Source of the DNA: Rhizodiscina lignyota
Lineage: Eukaryota
Assembly (NCBI GenBank): GCA_010015805.1
Contig: ML978122.1
Span: 840,453 to 904,452, forward strand
DNA: 64,000 nt
Reading direction: 5' to 3'
Both the position numbers and the translations under genes were made by a program. Shown piece after piece: positions 1 through 12,665 of the stretch. Numbering within the stretch: the first letter of the stretch is position 1; the number at the start of each line of letters is the position of its first letter. The notes beneath the pieces are model-generated. The model searched no databases, was not told the DNA's origin, and saw only the letters and a program-made list of their open reading frames with translations.

Positions 1-323
1 CGATCGCCAAAGATGTACATGTCCAACAGATAATCGAAGTACTTCTGGACTGCCAGTTCATGAAGGACACGAATATCTCTAGTCCAACCTCTTCGAGTTT
101 GATCTCCCGGTCGCGCGCTTCCTTAAACGATCCGGTAAACGCGTTCTCGAAGTACTTCGAATGAGCGCAGAGTAATACGCGATGCAGCGAACATGGTGTC
201 AACTTGTCCCCGACCTTGACAGTGACGACATCAAGTGAGTCTTTGCTGCAAGCCGATGTTAGCTACGATAACTACGAAAAACTTAGGCCATACTAACGAG
301 AATCGGGCACGCTTGAGATCCAT
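1..323 (-). pseudogene. BTB/POZ-domain protein, truncated by the window edge and apparently frameshifted
   Basis: ATG at 323, intron 297-246 (GTTAGT..CTAAC..CAG). Spliced translation MDLKRARFSKDSLDVVTVKVGDKLTPCSLHRVLLCAHSKYFENAFTGSFKEARDREIKLEEVGLEIFVSFMNW is typical of fungal BTB domains. The expected next motif (KYFDYLLDMYIFGDR) lies in a different frame near nt 45-1. Confidence 0.7.
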
Positions 324-561
324 GATGATCCCGAGGCGAGCTTAGCAGCTCCGGCAGCAGTGGAAAAGCAACAGTTGAAGATCGAAGTTGGAATGTGGAA
401 GGTTGCAGAAGTTGATGCGTCAATTTGTGGTGTGACGCATGCGAGGCCCGTGCGCTTAAGATTGGATCGAAGGCAGTCGTGGAGAGTGTTGACGAACATT
501 CACTTCCGGTTCTCACAGAACACATCGAGTTATGCGGTGGTGAGAGTCGGAGTGCCTCTTA

Positions 562-1315
562 TCATCGAATACTCCGCACCAATTCGCGCAAATCACCGCC
601 CTCAACCCAGCTTTCGCCTCCTGTACCAGCACCTCCAGCAGCACTTGCGCCGCCCGCAGCACCCCATCCTTCGCCTACTTCACCAATGATCCGGGCTGGT
701 CGACCGCCGACGACTGAATTGGATGGTATCACCATATTGGCAGGAACAATGGTATGCGGTAGAATCTTGACGTTTTCTCGGACCATACTGAACGGCTGAA
801 GCACGCAGTGCTCGCCAATATGGACATGTGATGAAATTGAAGCCGATTGTATAGTAGAATTTGGACCTGATCCAAGTTCAGCATCAGAGTAAAGAGAATG
901 CAACTCGGACATACCGATGAAGACATTATCTCCAATCTTCATGGGATAGTAAGTCAGCACGCCTCTACTGACCCTACATGGCGGTTTGATCACACAGCCA
1001 GCAGCCACAACGGAACATCGGCCGATACTGATCGAGTGACTTGAGCTACTCTTCGAGCCATCTTCTTTTGTAGTCGATAGTCGATGGAGGTCTCCTCGAA
1101 GATGCACGTCTTCACGTATGACCGTGCGACCACCCAATGTGATATTGGGAGCTCCGCTGATGTTCGCCTTGCGCCAGACTTTGTTGCCGCTATCCTAGAG
1201 AATTGTTAGCATGCTCTGAGCAAGTTTTGAATCACTTCATGAACCGCGTGACGCGTCTTACCGTCTCGATGTACTCTCCCTTCGGCGCCTTTCGCGCGGC
1301 GCTGGGTCGTGACAT
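562..1315 (-). CDS. DCTN5: Dynactin subunit 5 (p25), left-handed beta-helix protein
   Basis: Spliced MSRPSAARKAPKGEYIET|DSGNKVWRKANISGAPNITLGGRTVIREDVHLRGDL...YYPMKIGDNVFIG...HVHIGEHCVLQPF; two short introns (about 1261-1195 and 913-867). Confidence 0.92.
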
Positions 1316-2086
1316 GCTTGCTCGTGCTTGTGCGACTGTAACAACGCGTCTCAAGTAGCACAAGACTCATGAAAGGACGACCGCGGAATCTCTACCGTTT
1401 CAGATAAGATTGTGGATAAAAAGTCACGATGAGGTGTGGTTGCAGTCCATGTCGAATGGCTCACGGACCGTACCGCAGTCCGACGCACCTTGGGCAAGCT
1501 TAAGCTCGCCGAGCACGTGTCGCGATGCGGCTTTTGGCGACGCGCTTCTCTTCGGAGCATTTCGAGTGCTTAACAGCGTCAGGACCACTCGACTCACCAC
1601 CTCCTGCGCGTAATCTGAAGCAAATCGACGCGTCACGCGACCTCAATCTCCTGCTACAGCGCGCAAATTGACAGGCCTGGCGGCGCACTGACTGTTAAGG
1701 ATCCCTTCTCCCTTCAGGGTTGTCTCACTAGCCCCAACGGCGCCCCTAACTCCCACAGAGCGCACACAGACACCCTGACACCCACCCATCCTCCATACCA
1801 TCATCAGGACTTAAATCCACTGCAGTCCAGCAATCCGGGGTCCGAAAGCCAGTCAGCAGCGGGTCGATCAAACAACTCTCGATATATCTCCGTCAGTGGA
1901 GCGCACACACACCTCTTGTGCTCAAGGCTACTGCGTTTGGAACACTATCCGCACCACAATTTAGGCACACGTCACGAAATCCTGCTGCGCAACGGTGGGC
2001 TTGAGGATTCTCTTGGAGGCGGTACACCACATTACAACTGCAATTGAGAAGAGCAGGAAGTGCGCGGAGAAGCGCACATATTCAAG

Positions 2087-2770
2087 ATGGGCGCAAAGGT
2101 CTCTAAAATGCTGGACAAGATCTTCGGATCGAAGGAAATGCGCCTGTTGATGCTGGGACTTGATGCCGCAGGCAAGACAAGTGCGCAACCTCTCCCAACC
2201 ACCAACCACCTTAACCAGCAAAGTGTTATGCTAACAAGTAGTTCCACCTATTCAGCAATCCTCTACAACCTCAAGCTCGAGCAAGACGTCACCACCATCC
2301 CCACAGTCGGCTTCAACGTCGAGACCGTAACGTACAAGAACACCAAGTTCAACGTGTGGGACGTGGGTGGACAGGACAAGATCCGTCCATTGTGGCGGCA
2401 CTACTTCTCCGGAACGCAAGGCCTAGTCTTCGTCATCGACTCCAATGACCGCGACCGGCTGGACGAGGCAAGAACGGAACTGGCACGCATTATCCAGGAC
2501 AGGGAAATGAAGGACGCATTACTGTTGGTGTTCGCGAACAAGCAGGATATCCCTGGAGGTGAGCATACGTGGAGACACATGAAAGGCAGTTCGGGAGCTA
2601 ATGAGGATTGATCAGCAATGCGCCCTGACGAACTGTCAAGACGACTCAAGCTCGATGAAATCGCGAAGAACCACATCTGGAAGGTGGAGCCCAGCTGCGC
2701 GACGACCGGAGAGGGCATCTTCGAGGGCCTGGAGTGGCTCGGCAAGAACGTCAAAGTGCCTGCCAAGTAA
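2087..2770 (+). CDS. ARF6: ADP-ribosylation factor 6 (ArfB class) small GTPase
   Basis: Myristoylatable MG start; [46 protein letters not shown] and FANKQD motifs; introns 2181-2255 and 2559-2616; TAA ends at 2770. Confidence 0.95.
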
Positions 2771-3168
2771 TACTACATTGCAGTTGCGGCGCTGCATTCG
2801 TACTTCTTTCTCTTCTTTAGCGCACATTTTCCTATTCGACGGCCAACCCCTTTCGATATACCCCTTTTCTAATTCTTTCTTTTGTACTTTAGCGGTATTT
2901 CGCCACATTAAATCCTTGTAGTAGACTGGCATCGCGATGGGGCACGAAAAGCGAGTCTGTCGTTGTCTTCCTTTTCTACTCACTTTTATTTTTGGCGGCT
3001 GCGTGTGGACTAAAGTTCGAAATTTGGCTCAGGTGTGTTCGTTTTGCTTCTCAAATTGTATTTTTGACGACAGCTTTTAGACTGGGCAAGCCATCGAGGG
3101 CATGGGGCGAATGAATGTAAAGACTGCTATTCAACCTGATCGGCTCTCGATACTCTTACAGTACATCT

Positions 3169-3246
3169 CGATTTATCCCAAACTCCCGATTTATCCCAAA
3201 CTCCCTGAAATTACGCCAAATGAGCTCCATGCAGAAATTACGCCAA
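3169..3246. repeat. Short tandem and direct repeats between the convergent 3' ends of ARF6 and SGF29
   Basis: cgatttatcccaaactcc twice in tandem (3169-3204); gaaattacgccaa at 3207 and 3234. Confidence 0.8.
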
Positions 3247-3314
3247 CCCATAATGCAGCCGATGCATGCAAACCTGTCCCAATCATGTCTTGAAAGTCGT
3301 TTCCAGTCGAATAA

Positions 3315-4893
3315 TCATTTCACCGAATCAGGCAGCACATACCTCCTCTCAACCTCCTGCTCTTTCTCAGCCTCGTCCTCCCCCTCAAACCGCAACCTCA
3401 CCCATCCCTTTTTGGCCTCGCTCTTATCCTTCGGCGTCACAACCTCCGCCTTGTAGAACGTCGTCGTGCTCGGATACAAGGCTAAGACCTGCTTCCCACT
3501 GCTCAGCGACGGTAACTTCTCGTTCATCTCCGGCGGCGGGATCGACACCAGCGCCGAGACAGACGCGCGATACGGCTGCGGTGGCGTGGGCAGGCTGTCG
3601 TCGATGTCGCGGATCTCGTAGCGTCGCTGCTTGCCTTCGCCGATGACGGACGTGACGCTGCAGAGGATGCCTTCGCCTTCAGGCTGTTCCAATGGGGCGG
3701 CGATGGAGGAGGGTTTGCCACGGGGTGTTGGACGGGGGGAGTTGCGGTAGAAGACTTCTGCGCCGACGGTGAGTTTGAGGCGTTCGGAGGGTCCGGCGGT
3801 CGAGGTTGATGGAGCGGAGGCCGAGGCGGAAGCTACTGTGCTGGTGGAGGGCGTAGGTGTGGCGGCTGCTGTGCGGGACCGTGAGAGGTTACTATTGACT
3901 AATTACAGCATGTTGCATAGAGCAAAAAGTTTGAAGAAATGAAGGATGCGATTTGGAATAAGGAAGTACGAAAACACGTGATAATTCAAGTAGGAGAATG
4001 AAGATTATGGGATTGTTGATTAGTGTACCTTTCAGAACATCTGCATCGCCATCCTCAGTCTTGACAGAGGGCTCCCGTGCAGCAGGCACCGATCCACTTC
4101 TTGACGCCCCACCTTGCTTCAACAGTCTTGACGCAGCACCGGTAGGAACAGTGACTTTGGGCGACGGACCGCCAGGAGAGTCAGCAGCGATACTATCGCG
4201 ATCGCCATCTCCAATGTCGAGCTTAGCGCGTTTCGGATTACGACCTGCTTTCGCGCTGCTGCTCGCACGAGACGCGGCTGGAGGAGCATTGTCAGTCTCG
4301 CCGCGGAGTGCGATGAGAATCTCCAGCTGCTGAGCGATGCTGCCGTGCGGTGGTTCTTCCTCGATGCCAACGTCGGTCGAGAGATCCTCGATGCCGCTGA
4401 TGTTCTCGCGGAGAAGCTTGTCGAGTTCTCGGCCTGCTTCGATGGGGTATGATTCGCCGTTCGCTGTTTACATTGTGAGCTTTGGTAATGGAGGAGGGAA
4501 GTTCGGTCGAAGAGTGATGAACCGCAGGCTCACGGAAGCAGTAAATAAGATCCTCTGATAGAACCGAACTTATCATTCATCATATCTGCCTTACCTTCTT
4601 TCAAGCTGATGATTTTCTCCAACTCCATTATCCTCGCGTGATTCTTATTTGCCTTCTCCTAAGCTGAAGTAAGCCGATGTCCAGTGTAAACAAAACATAG
4701 TTCGTGAATCGACGCTTAAATCGGCACAGGGGTACAGGTGGAGTAGTTTCTCCATATCAATGAAACTCGATGAAGCTCTTACCAGTTTCTCGTCGGCGCC
4801 TTTCATCGCCTCGTAAATCGCCTGCCACAAGTGGCGCTCTTCGCTGGCATCGTCTTTGGTCTGACTCGGGCGACCCCGGCGTGCAGATGACAT
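3315..4893 (-). CDS. SGF29: SAGA-associated factor 29 (tandem Tudor, H3K4me reader)
   Basis: N-terminal coiled coil (MSSARRGRPSQTKDDASEERHLWQAIY) and C-terminal tandem Tudor (GILCSVTSVIGEGKQRRYEIRDID...VLALYPSTTTFYKAEV...LRFEGED..VERRYVL); three introns of about 125-140 nt. Confidence 0.92.
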
Positions 4894-5262
4894 CTTCACT
4901 TGCTTTCAGGCTGTAGAGTTTTTTGATGAAGCTTGATAATACGCGTTGGGAGTGTAATAGTGGTAGGTAGTCGGCTTGATGTTGTTATGCTCGGGCCGAA
5001 GTGAATGTAGGTACTTTGGAGGCTGCCGAACTGCGAGCATGGGTAGAAGGCGATTGGCTCCAGCTGCGCCTCGATGTCGAAAACGTGGGAGCGGAGATTT
5101 CCGCCGCATGAAAGCTTGTCGTGACGCGCCCCGCTATCCACAATTTATTGGTGGCGGTACTACGTAGCGGTGAAAACAGATCTCAACCTTTTCACACCGC
5201 AATTCCGTGCAAGGCATTGAACTCCTACAGAGTGTAATAAGTCAATTGGCATATCGGAAAAG

Positions 5263-6759
5263 ATGCAGGTCCCACTGATTCGTTTGCAATGCGGTATGTT
5301 CACTACTTCTGAAGCTTTCGTGATCCTGCTAACTCTGCATAGGCGTAAATAGCTACGACTGGGGTTAGCCTCATAGCAATTCATGAGACAAGAGACAAAT
5401 CGCTGAACGAATCTCAGGGAAAATTGGTAGCAACTCTGCGGCAGCCAAATTTGCTGCAGCCACTCCGTCGGATGGCTTCTCTATTCAATCTGAGAAGCCT
5501 TACGCTGAAGTCAGTTCGGAAGTTCTCCTGCTACTGCACCCAAGCTGAATGCATTCCAGCTGTGGATGGGAACGCACCCATCAAACCCATCCAAAGATGT
5601 CCAGACCAAGCGCTCCCTGTTGGAACTGATCCAAGACAACAAGGCCCTCATGTCCACTGAGATCAGCCAAAAATACAATGACAAGCTACCTTTCCTCTTC
5701 AAGGTGCTGTCTATCAACAAGGCTCTCAGCATCCAAGCGCATCCGAACAAGAAGCTTGCTGAGCAGTTGCATGCAAAGGACCCCAAGAACTACCCTGATG
5801 ATAACCACAAGCCCGAGATGACTATTGCCATTACACCATTCGACGGTCTTTGTGGATTCCGGCCTCTTGCAGAGATTGCTCACTTCTTTGGATCTGTCGC
5901 TCCGCTGCGTAAGCTCGTGGGTGAGGACCAAGCCTCCAAGTTTGAGTCCGCAGTCAAGGGCAAGGAGACTTCTTCTAACGAGGCGGACACGGCTTCAAAC
6001 AAGAAAGCCCTTCAAGAAGCGTTCACAGCCCTGATGTCCGCCTCAAAAGAAGACATCGCTTCTGCCACCTCCTCCCTCCTCTCCGACGCCAAATCGCAAG
6101 GCTCCTCCTTCGCCGGCTCCGGCGTCGCCGCCACCTCCGGCCAAGAGCTCGCCGACCTGGTCGTGCGCCTGAACGCTGAATTCCCCGACGACATCGGCCT
6201 CTTCGTCCTCTTCTTCCTCAACTACGTCAAGCTGACCGTCGGCGAGGCCATGTTCCTCAAGGCCGACGACATCCACGCATACCTTTCAGGTGACATCATC
6301 GAGTGCATGGCGTCGAGCGACAACGTGGTGCGCGCGGGCTTCACGCCCAAGTTCAAGGACGTCGGCACACTGACCACCATGCTGACGTACAGCTACGCGC
6401 CCATCGAGGAGCAGAAGATGAGTCCGAGCGACTACGCGTATGTCACGCTGAATGCGACGGCTTATTCAAGCAACAGCTCGAGCATTCTTTATGACCCGCC
6501 GATTGAGGAGTTTAGCGTTGTGAGGACCGAGTTGAAGAAGAGTGGGGCGAAAGCGACGTTTGAGCCGATTGCGGGCCCTAGTATCATCATTTGCACGGGT
6601 GGTGAGGGAACGATTAGCGTTGGTCCAAAGAAGGAGGAGGTGAAGAGTGGGTACGTGTACTTTGTCGGCGCGACTGCAGAGTGCATCCTTGAAAGTGCGA
6701 GCGAGGACTTTGTGACGTTCAAGGCTTTCTGCGAGCTGTCTGACAAAGGCAAGCTGTAG
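5263..6759 (+). CDS. PMI40: Mannose-6-phosphate isomerase, class I
   Basis: Spliced [24 protein letters not shown]...[69 protein letters not shown]; three 5' introns. Confidence 0.97.
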
Positions 6760-7048
6760 AGGACACTTTGGAAACTAGAAAAGGTGAAAGCTCGCGAAAC
6801 TGATAGACGGGATCTCAAAAGTAGTCCAGGCGTACCGAGTGCAGGCTTTTCGTTACTACATAGACGAAATCTGGTATCTCATTATCCCAATTCGCCGCCG
6901 TTGCTGCAGTTTCATATGTCCAAGTGCATACCTATAACGCCCTGACAGCTCTTCATTGCAAAGCAAGATGACCGAAACGCCAACCGGATCATGTGAAGCC
7001 ATATCTCGATGCTGTCGAGACGTCAATTTGCGGCAGAAATTGGAAGAA

Positions 7049-8842
7049 TCAGGCAGCAGATTCTGGGCCTGCCTTCACCCCATCCTCTTTGGTTAGGTAG
7101 TCGGGCTCCTCCGCATCCCCATATTCAGAGATCAGCTCTTGCACGACTTCCCTCGCTTCATCAAACTCTCCCAGACCCTCCGCAAACGGCGCCTCCCGCT
7201 TATATTGCTCAAGAAAGGCGTTTCGCTTGCGTAGCCGGTCATATTGCAACATGATCCGCTTGAAGAGGGTCGCAATACCGGTATGGTTGGCGAGCATGAG
7301 GCCTGAGACGCGATGGGATGATTGTACATAGGGAGACTTGCGCGTGAGCGCAACTTGGATCGAGGCAGGTCCCCATGGGATGAAGGTTGCGAGGCGACGT
7401 TCGCGGATACGGAGCAGGGATTTATGAACCTGGTGCGAAAACTTTAGCATAGCTGAAGACTGTCAATGAAGTAGTGCATGGAGTTCTTACATCTGTAGGA
7501 TCGGCCTCGCCCTGGATGATGTTCAAGATACTGATGTAGCAATTCTTCCTACCAAGATCGGTACTAACCATCCTATTCTTCGGCTGCAGCAGACGCCTCA
7601 TGACGTCCAGCACCGTGGTTTTGCGCACAGTCTTCGCCTGCTCAATATTGTCACTTGTGAAAGGTGTGTAGCTGGTCATGAGGAAATGGCAACGTGGAGT
7701 TGGGATCAAGCTTGCAACAATTCCAACTAAGTCATTGTGCATGTAGCCTGGATAGCGTAGTGTGGTTGTGGAAGCGCACATAACGGTCGACACGAGTTGG
7801 TTGGTCTGCTGAAAGGACGGCTCTTGGACGTGAAGGCGGTCCGCTGCTATTCGCGAGAGGGCACCGTTATCGAGAACAACCTGCAATATTGTCAATATGT
7901 GCAGTTCCACGCATGTTGAGAAGTGTTCAATTACGTACCACTGAGTCTGCATTTTGCGTGAGCCTTCGCATGGAGAGCAGGCTGTTATATGGCTGAACGA
8001 CAACGTCACCGGCGTTCTTCGTATCCGGGAATACTGAGTATGTCTGGATGAGCTTCTTCGGGAAGCGATCGTTCAAACGCTCCAGAAGGAAGCTGCCAAG
8101 TCCAGAGCCTGTACCACCAGCTATTGAGTGCAGCATCATGAAGCCCTAACTATGTCAGCCTGTCTCCATACCAAGTCCACTTCTTCGACATACCTCTAGT
8201 GAATCGCTCCCATCTGCTTCCCGGTCTATGATATCCATGACGTCCTCGTACACTGATTCGCCCATAGCGTAACCCGCTGCCCAGATGTTTCCTGCGCCAG
8301 AACCATCCTTGTGTACGTAGAAGTTCTCGGGGTTGTAGATGTTCTTGTACGCGCCAGTTTGGATACCGTTTATGACCTATGGCACAGTTAATACCTTGGG
8401 AATCTCTGCGGTTGTCGCAGTGACTGACTCGAGGTTCTAAGTCAAGGAGGATCGCGCGAGGAATATATCTCGTATCGTCAGACTGGTGGTGTTGTCAGCG
8501 CCTCTGGATTCTATGTTTGGAGTGCTGCCTACTTGGTAGAAGAAGACGTCTTTCCTGTCCCCGCCTTCGGTCGCGAAGTCTTCCAGGTTTCCGTCCTGAC
8601 TGATTCCATGTTCTTGACACAGCTGTTGCCAGAACTGACTCCCCACTATTATACGACGTCAGAATAGTTCTGAAAACATTGCGCACTATTCGAACTGAAG
8701 GTTGTAACTTCGTATATAAACAGGAAGATGGAGGAAATACCGCTATTGCCGCATTGGCCGGCTTGAATCGTTATAATTTCTCTGGAATCGCATCAGCATG
8801 AGCTTTCGTGCCCATGTATCACTCGTCGCCTTACCTGGGCAT
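7049..8842 (-). CDS. mipA: Gamma-tubulin
   Basis: [89 protein letters not shown]; multiple introns. Confidence 0.97.
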
Positions 8843-9180
8843 TGTTGTGCTGTTGACGTTGAAGCTTGGTGTGGGGCACAGCACTCGTTTACGAAGACGC
8901 GCTTCCTGGCTTTTGTCGAAGTCGCGTCGGCGTCCGAAGACCCCGGTCGCTTTTACGGGAAGGGGCCAAGGGGGGTGTGAACAGCACAGTACATAAGACG
9001 AGAGGATTCCTTCCAAATTCCAATCCACTTGCATTTCTTTTAAGCCTCTAGATCTACTCATTAATTAGATACTTATCGTTAATCATTACTTCGTACTACA
9101 ATCCAAGTAGCCGCCCAAGGATCGTAATGACCAGAAACCTGTCATCGCCTAATTCCCCACAGATTGCCAACTCCGTGCCT

Positions 9181-10349
9181 CTATTCCTGCGCCTGCATTA
9201 TCCTTCCCGGACCTTTGAGAAAACGTGGGTCCAAACGATAACCAAATTTAAGTCTAAACAGGAGCGCCCAAAACATGCAGAGTACATGTACCCTCACGAT
9301 CTGACCAAGCTCGCGCCAAGCATAGCTCTCCTTCCGACCGCCATCCTTGCTATATTCATCGCACACCTCGAGGAACTTCTTCGGGTCGTCGGTTATCACA
9401 CCATCGAGCTCCTTTCGTATACACCATCGCATCTTCTTTTCGTCATTGACTGTCCAAGCGAAGATCTCGCGATTCAAAGTCTTGGCTTTGCGGATAAATG
9501 AACCACCAAAGGGACCCATGAGGATAACTTGGAGCATGTTAAAGGCGACGTTCGGAACCGGGAGGAAGAAGGGCGCATATGATGTTGAAAAACCAATGTG
9601 AGAGACTGGGAATTCGGGGAGATACTCGTCGCAGAGAGGTAGGAATTTCGTCTAGGGTGACGAATCAGTATATCATATCGCATCACCTTCCTTGGTGGAA
9701 CTTACAGCCCAGATTCCGAGCACGACACGATCCTTCCATGCACGCGTTTCCGCAGGTGGCACGCTCCGTATAGCCTCTCCGATCAAGCGCATGATGTCGT
9801 CTGCATTGTTGTCGAGTTTGATGTCTAGCAGGACCCACAGATGCTCTTTTCCAGGCTGCGCCAGGTACTCGAGGAGGTCGACCAGGCGCGGCATGTGCTG
9901 CTTCGGTTCTGCCACCGTCTCGAGGTCCTTGATTTGGTCCCAGTTGAGGTCGATGAGCTTCTCATCTCGGCCAAAGCAGCGCTTCATCGACCCGTCCTTG
10001 TGTAGTTAGGGTTCAAGCAATGATCCAAGAGAGGGTATACCCTACATGCGACAACATCACCACGCCGTCCTTTGTGAGGTGGACATCCGTCTCCAGTGCA
10101 TGCGCGCCAACTTTGACAGCTCCATCGAATGCAGCCATTGTATTCTCTGGGAACGCCGCCTTGTAGCCACGATGCGCAATCGTTTGCGGAAGCTGCCTGC
10201 CATATTGATCTTTGATAGCCTTGGCCCATGGCGCTGAATGACGATTAGCTTATCGAAAGCGCTTCCACAGTGCCAGAGGATATTCTACCTGGTGGGAAAT
10301 GTGTGCTCGGCGACAGCAATGGCTGCTCCGCAAGCTTGTCGATAGGCAT
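9181..10349 (-). CDS. Glycerophosphodiester phosphodiesterase / PGC1-like phospholipase C with C-terminal hydrophobic anchor
   Basis: [61 protein letters not shown]; hydrophobic [12 protein letters not shown] near the C terminus. Start uncertain (10349 or about 10418). Confidence 0.88.
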
Positions 10350-11229
10350 CCTTGTGAGCACCGAAGGACCAATGAACTTCTCAATCAATTGCTGCGTCCT
10401 CGACGGAGCGTCGCCCATCCTGTGGTGTCTATATCTATAGCTCGGATTTCGAGCAATCAAGGATCTGGGTGGCAGAAACGACCATGCGCCGGGGCGCAAC
10501 TGCAGCGAAGCTCGAGGCAGTGTGATGCCGCGTGATGTTTCAGCCTAGAATGAACGATGTTTGTATACGTCGCAGATATGTTTGCCGCTTTCTCGCCGGA
10601 GCAGAGACGGAGTTAAGATATGTTTGATGTAGCGACTGTGCAGGACTTCAGGCTGCGGTCAGTTACGAAAGCATTGTGGCAAATAGGAAACGGGCGGGTG
10701 AAAGGGCTCCAGGAAAGTACTGCTGAAGACGGACAGAGAACGGAGCACGACTCGTCGGCCAAAATGAGCATAGGCCGCGCAGCGCAGAGGTAAGGCATGG
10801 ATTGAGGTGGGGAGACGCTCAGCGTTTTAGCAGGCGTCTTGTCTCACACTCTCAGTGCACACTCGGGAATCGGCAGCGCCAGGCTTGAGCACTGCATTTC
10901 GTCCGCATGGAAGTGCAGGTACGAGGCGAAAGGCGTCCGGAAACAGCAGCAGCCGCTCCCAGACGGGACATGAGCGGGCAGAGCAATTGCGGGCGTGACC
11001 ATGGCCCTCTCCATTGACAACGCGACCTCACGTTCCACCGCATCAAAGCGATCAAAAAACCGATCAAAAAATGCAGATCCAATCCCATGTCGGCAACAGG
11101 GGGTATAATTGGCATTGTTTAAGAGCTGTAAGTGCCTGGGACACCCGGCGGTCGGGTCTTACGTGATCGCCAAACTCAAAAACAACCTTAAGCATAAGCT
11201 TGTCTGTCACAATAAGCCGTCAGAACCTT

Positions 11230-12200
11230 CAACCTCGCTTGAATTTATTCCCGTAGATCGGTAAAGTCAAAACAGCAGGGGTCAGAAATTCAATCTCGTC
11301 GATGTTGATATAAATGTCGTTCGTTCCAACTGTCTGTCTCGTAACCTGTCGCGCACAGTTCTGCGATACAACATGGAAACCCAAAGTCCGGTAGCCTTCG
11401 AAGAGAGCCCTTTCAACATCGACCCGGCTGAAACCTACTGTTCCGCCTCTCGGAAGAGTATACTTCTACCCTTTGCGACTTATAGAGCAGCTTGAATCTT
11501 GCTAAATCCGACTTGTCTTTCCCTTCGCTGCCAAAGAGCAAGGAATTCTGATGGGAAAGGCTTCAAGCAAAGGAAATCCGACACCAAGCAAGACGGGATC
11601 CTCTATACTCAAATCCTTCTCCTCTTCGACCGGGGGACTCATTGACCGACGTCCGTCGCCATCGTCATCGGCTGGGATTTCCACAAGAGAGTTGATCCAA
11701 TCGAGTTCCCTTCGTGCTTGATTTTGCCGGTTGTTGTACTGGCGTCTTTTGTGACGACTTCTTCTTCGAGTTCTTTTAAGAGGTCGTCGGTAGGGACGAG
11801 AGTCGAGGGTAAGCTCTCGGAGACGACTAAGACTAGTCGTATCGGCAATCGCTCGGCGACGTAGCCGTCTCGGAGAGTGAGTAGAAAAGGGAGTTCGGCG
11901 CGGTTCCCTCCTACTTTATATTAGAGCTCTAGGTATTCGAGGAGTTCGCCGATCACTTAATAGTCGGTGCGTTCGATCAAGGTTTGACCTAGCTATCAGA
12001 ACAGAGCCCACTTGTCTTGCGCGTTGAGGTCGCTTTCCTTGCTGTCAATCCGGCGTTGACGATCAAAGTTCCACGACAAAGCAAGCAATTTCAAAGTCCA
12101 AACTCCCTCGAAGAAAGTTTATCCGTATTGTACTGCCTACAATCAACCGTTTCAGCCTTCGGAGGAGCATAGTTCTTTCCTTTGCGCGTACCCGTACATC
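11230..12200 (-). pseudogene. Degraded gene of unknown function with RIP-like nonsense codons
   Basis: One frame reads G*L*AVQYG*TFFEGVWTLKLLALSWNFDRQRRIDSKESDLNAQDKWALF**LGQTLIERTDY*VIGELLEYLEL*YKVGGNRAELPFLLTLRDGYVAERLPIRL..., with in-frame stops at 12145, 12139, 12121, 11998, 11995, 11959 and 11923. Confidence 0.5.
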
Positions 12201-12665
12201 TTCGAACTTATCAGATCCTACTCTTCCGTCGCCGAGTTGTTCGCCCTGTATTGCCTCTTCCTTGTTTATGTCCATCTTGTACTTTCTAGTGGCTCGACTA
12301 ATGATTTGCCTCACATTTGATTATACTCGGGACCCGCTCGACGAATTTGGCCGACTTGTTTGAGCTTTACAAGCAAATATGTGTATGCTTAGGTTTTTCA
12401 AGTACCGTGCAAAGCGTGCCTTTGCTTATAATATCGTGCGGTATCGGACGTTGGGAGCGGTATTATGCGGTACTATATATCGACTTGTATCTCAGCGCTG
12501 AATCGTTACCGAAGGCCACTTGGGCTTTTTGCAGTGAATTGGGCGGTACCATTTACGATCACGCGTAAATTCTATCACGTCAGTGACGGCATTTTGATGG
12601 ATCCATGGGAGGTTTGGGTGTTTGAAGTGTTCTTTGATTATATCTAGAATCAAACGACTCGAAGC

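Noticed and set aside
4514..4558. C box (GTGATGA) and D box (CTGA) inside the SGF29 intron stem, suggesting a C/D snoRNA
   Set aside because: The boxes are antisense to the host gene and span only 45 nt, and no convincing rRNA-complementary guide was seen.
562..8842. Functional cytoskeleton/trafficking cluster (dynactin p25, ARF6, gamma-tubulin)
   Set aside because: The genes are interleaved with unrelated housekeeping genes, and there is no evidence beyond proximity.
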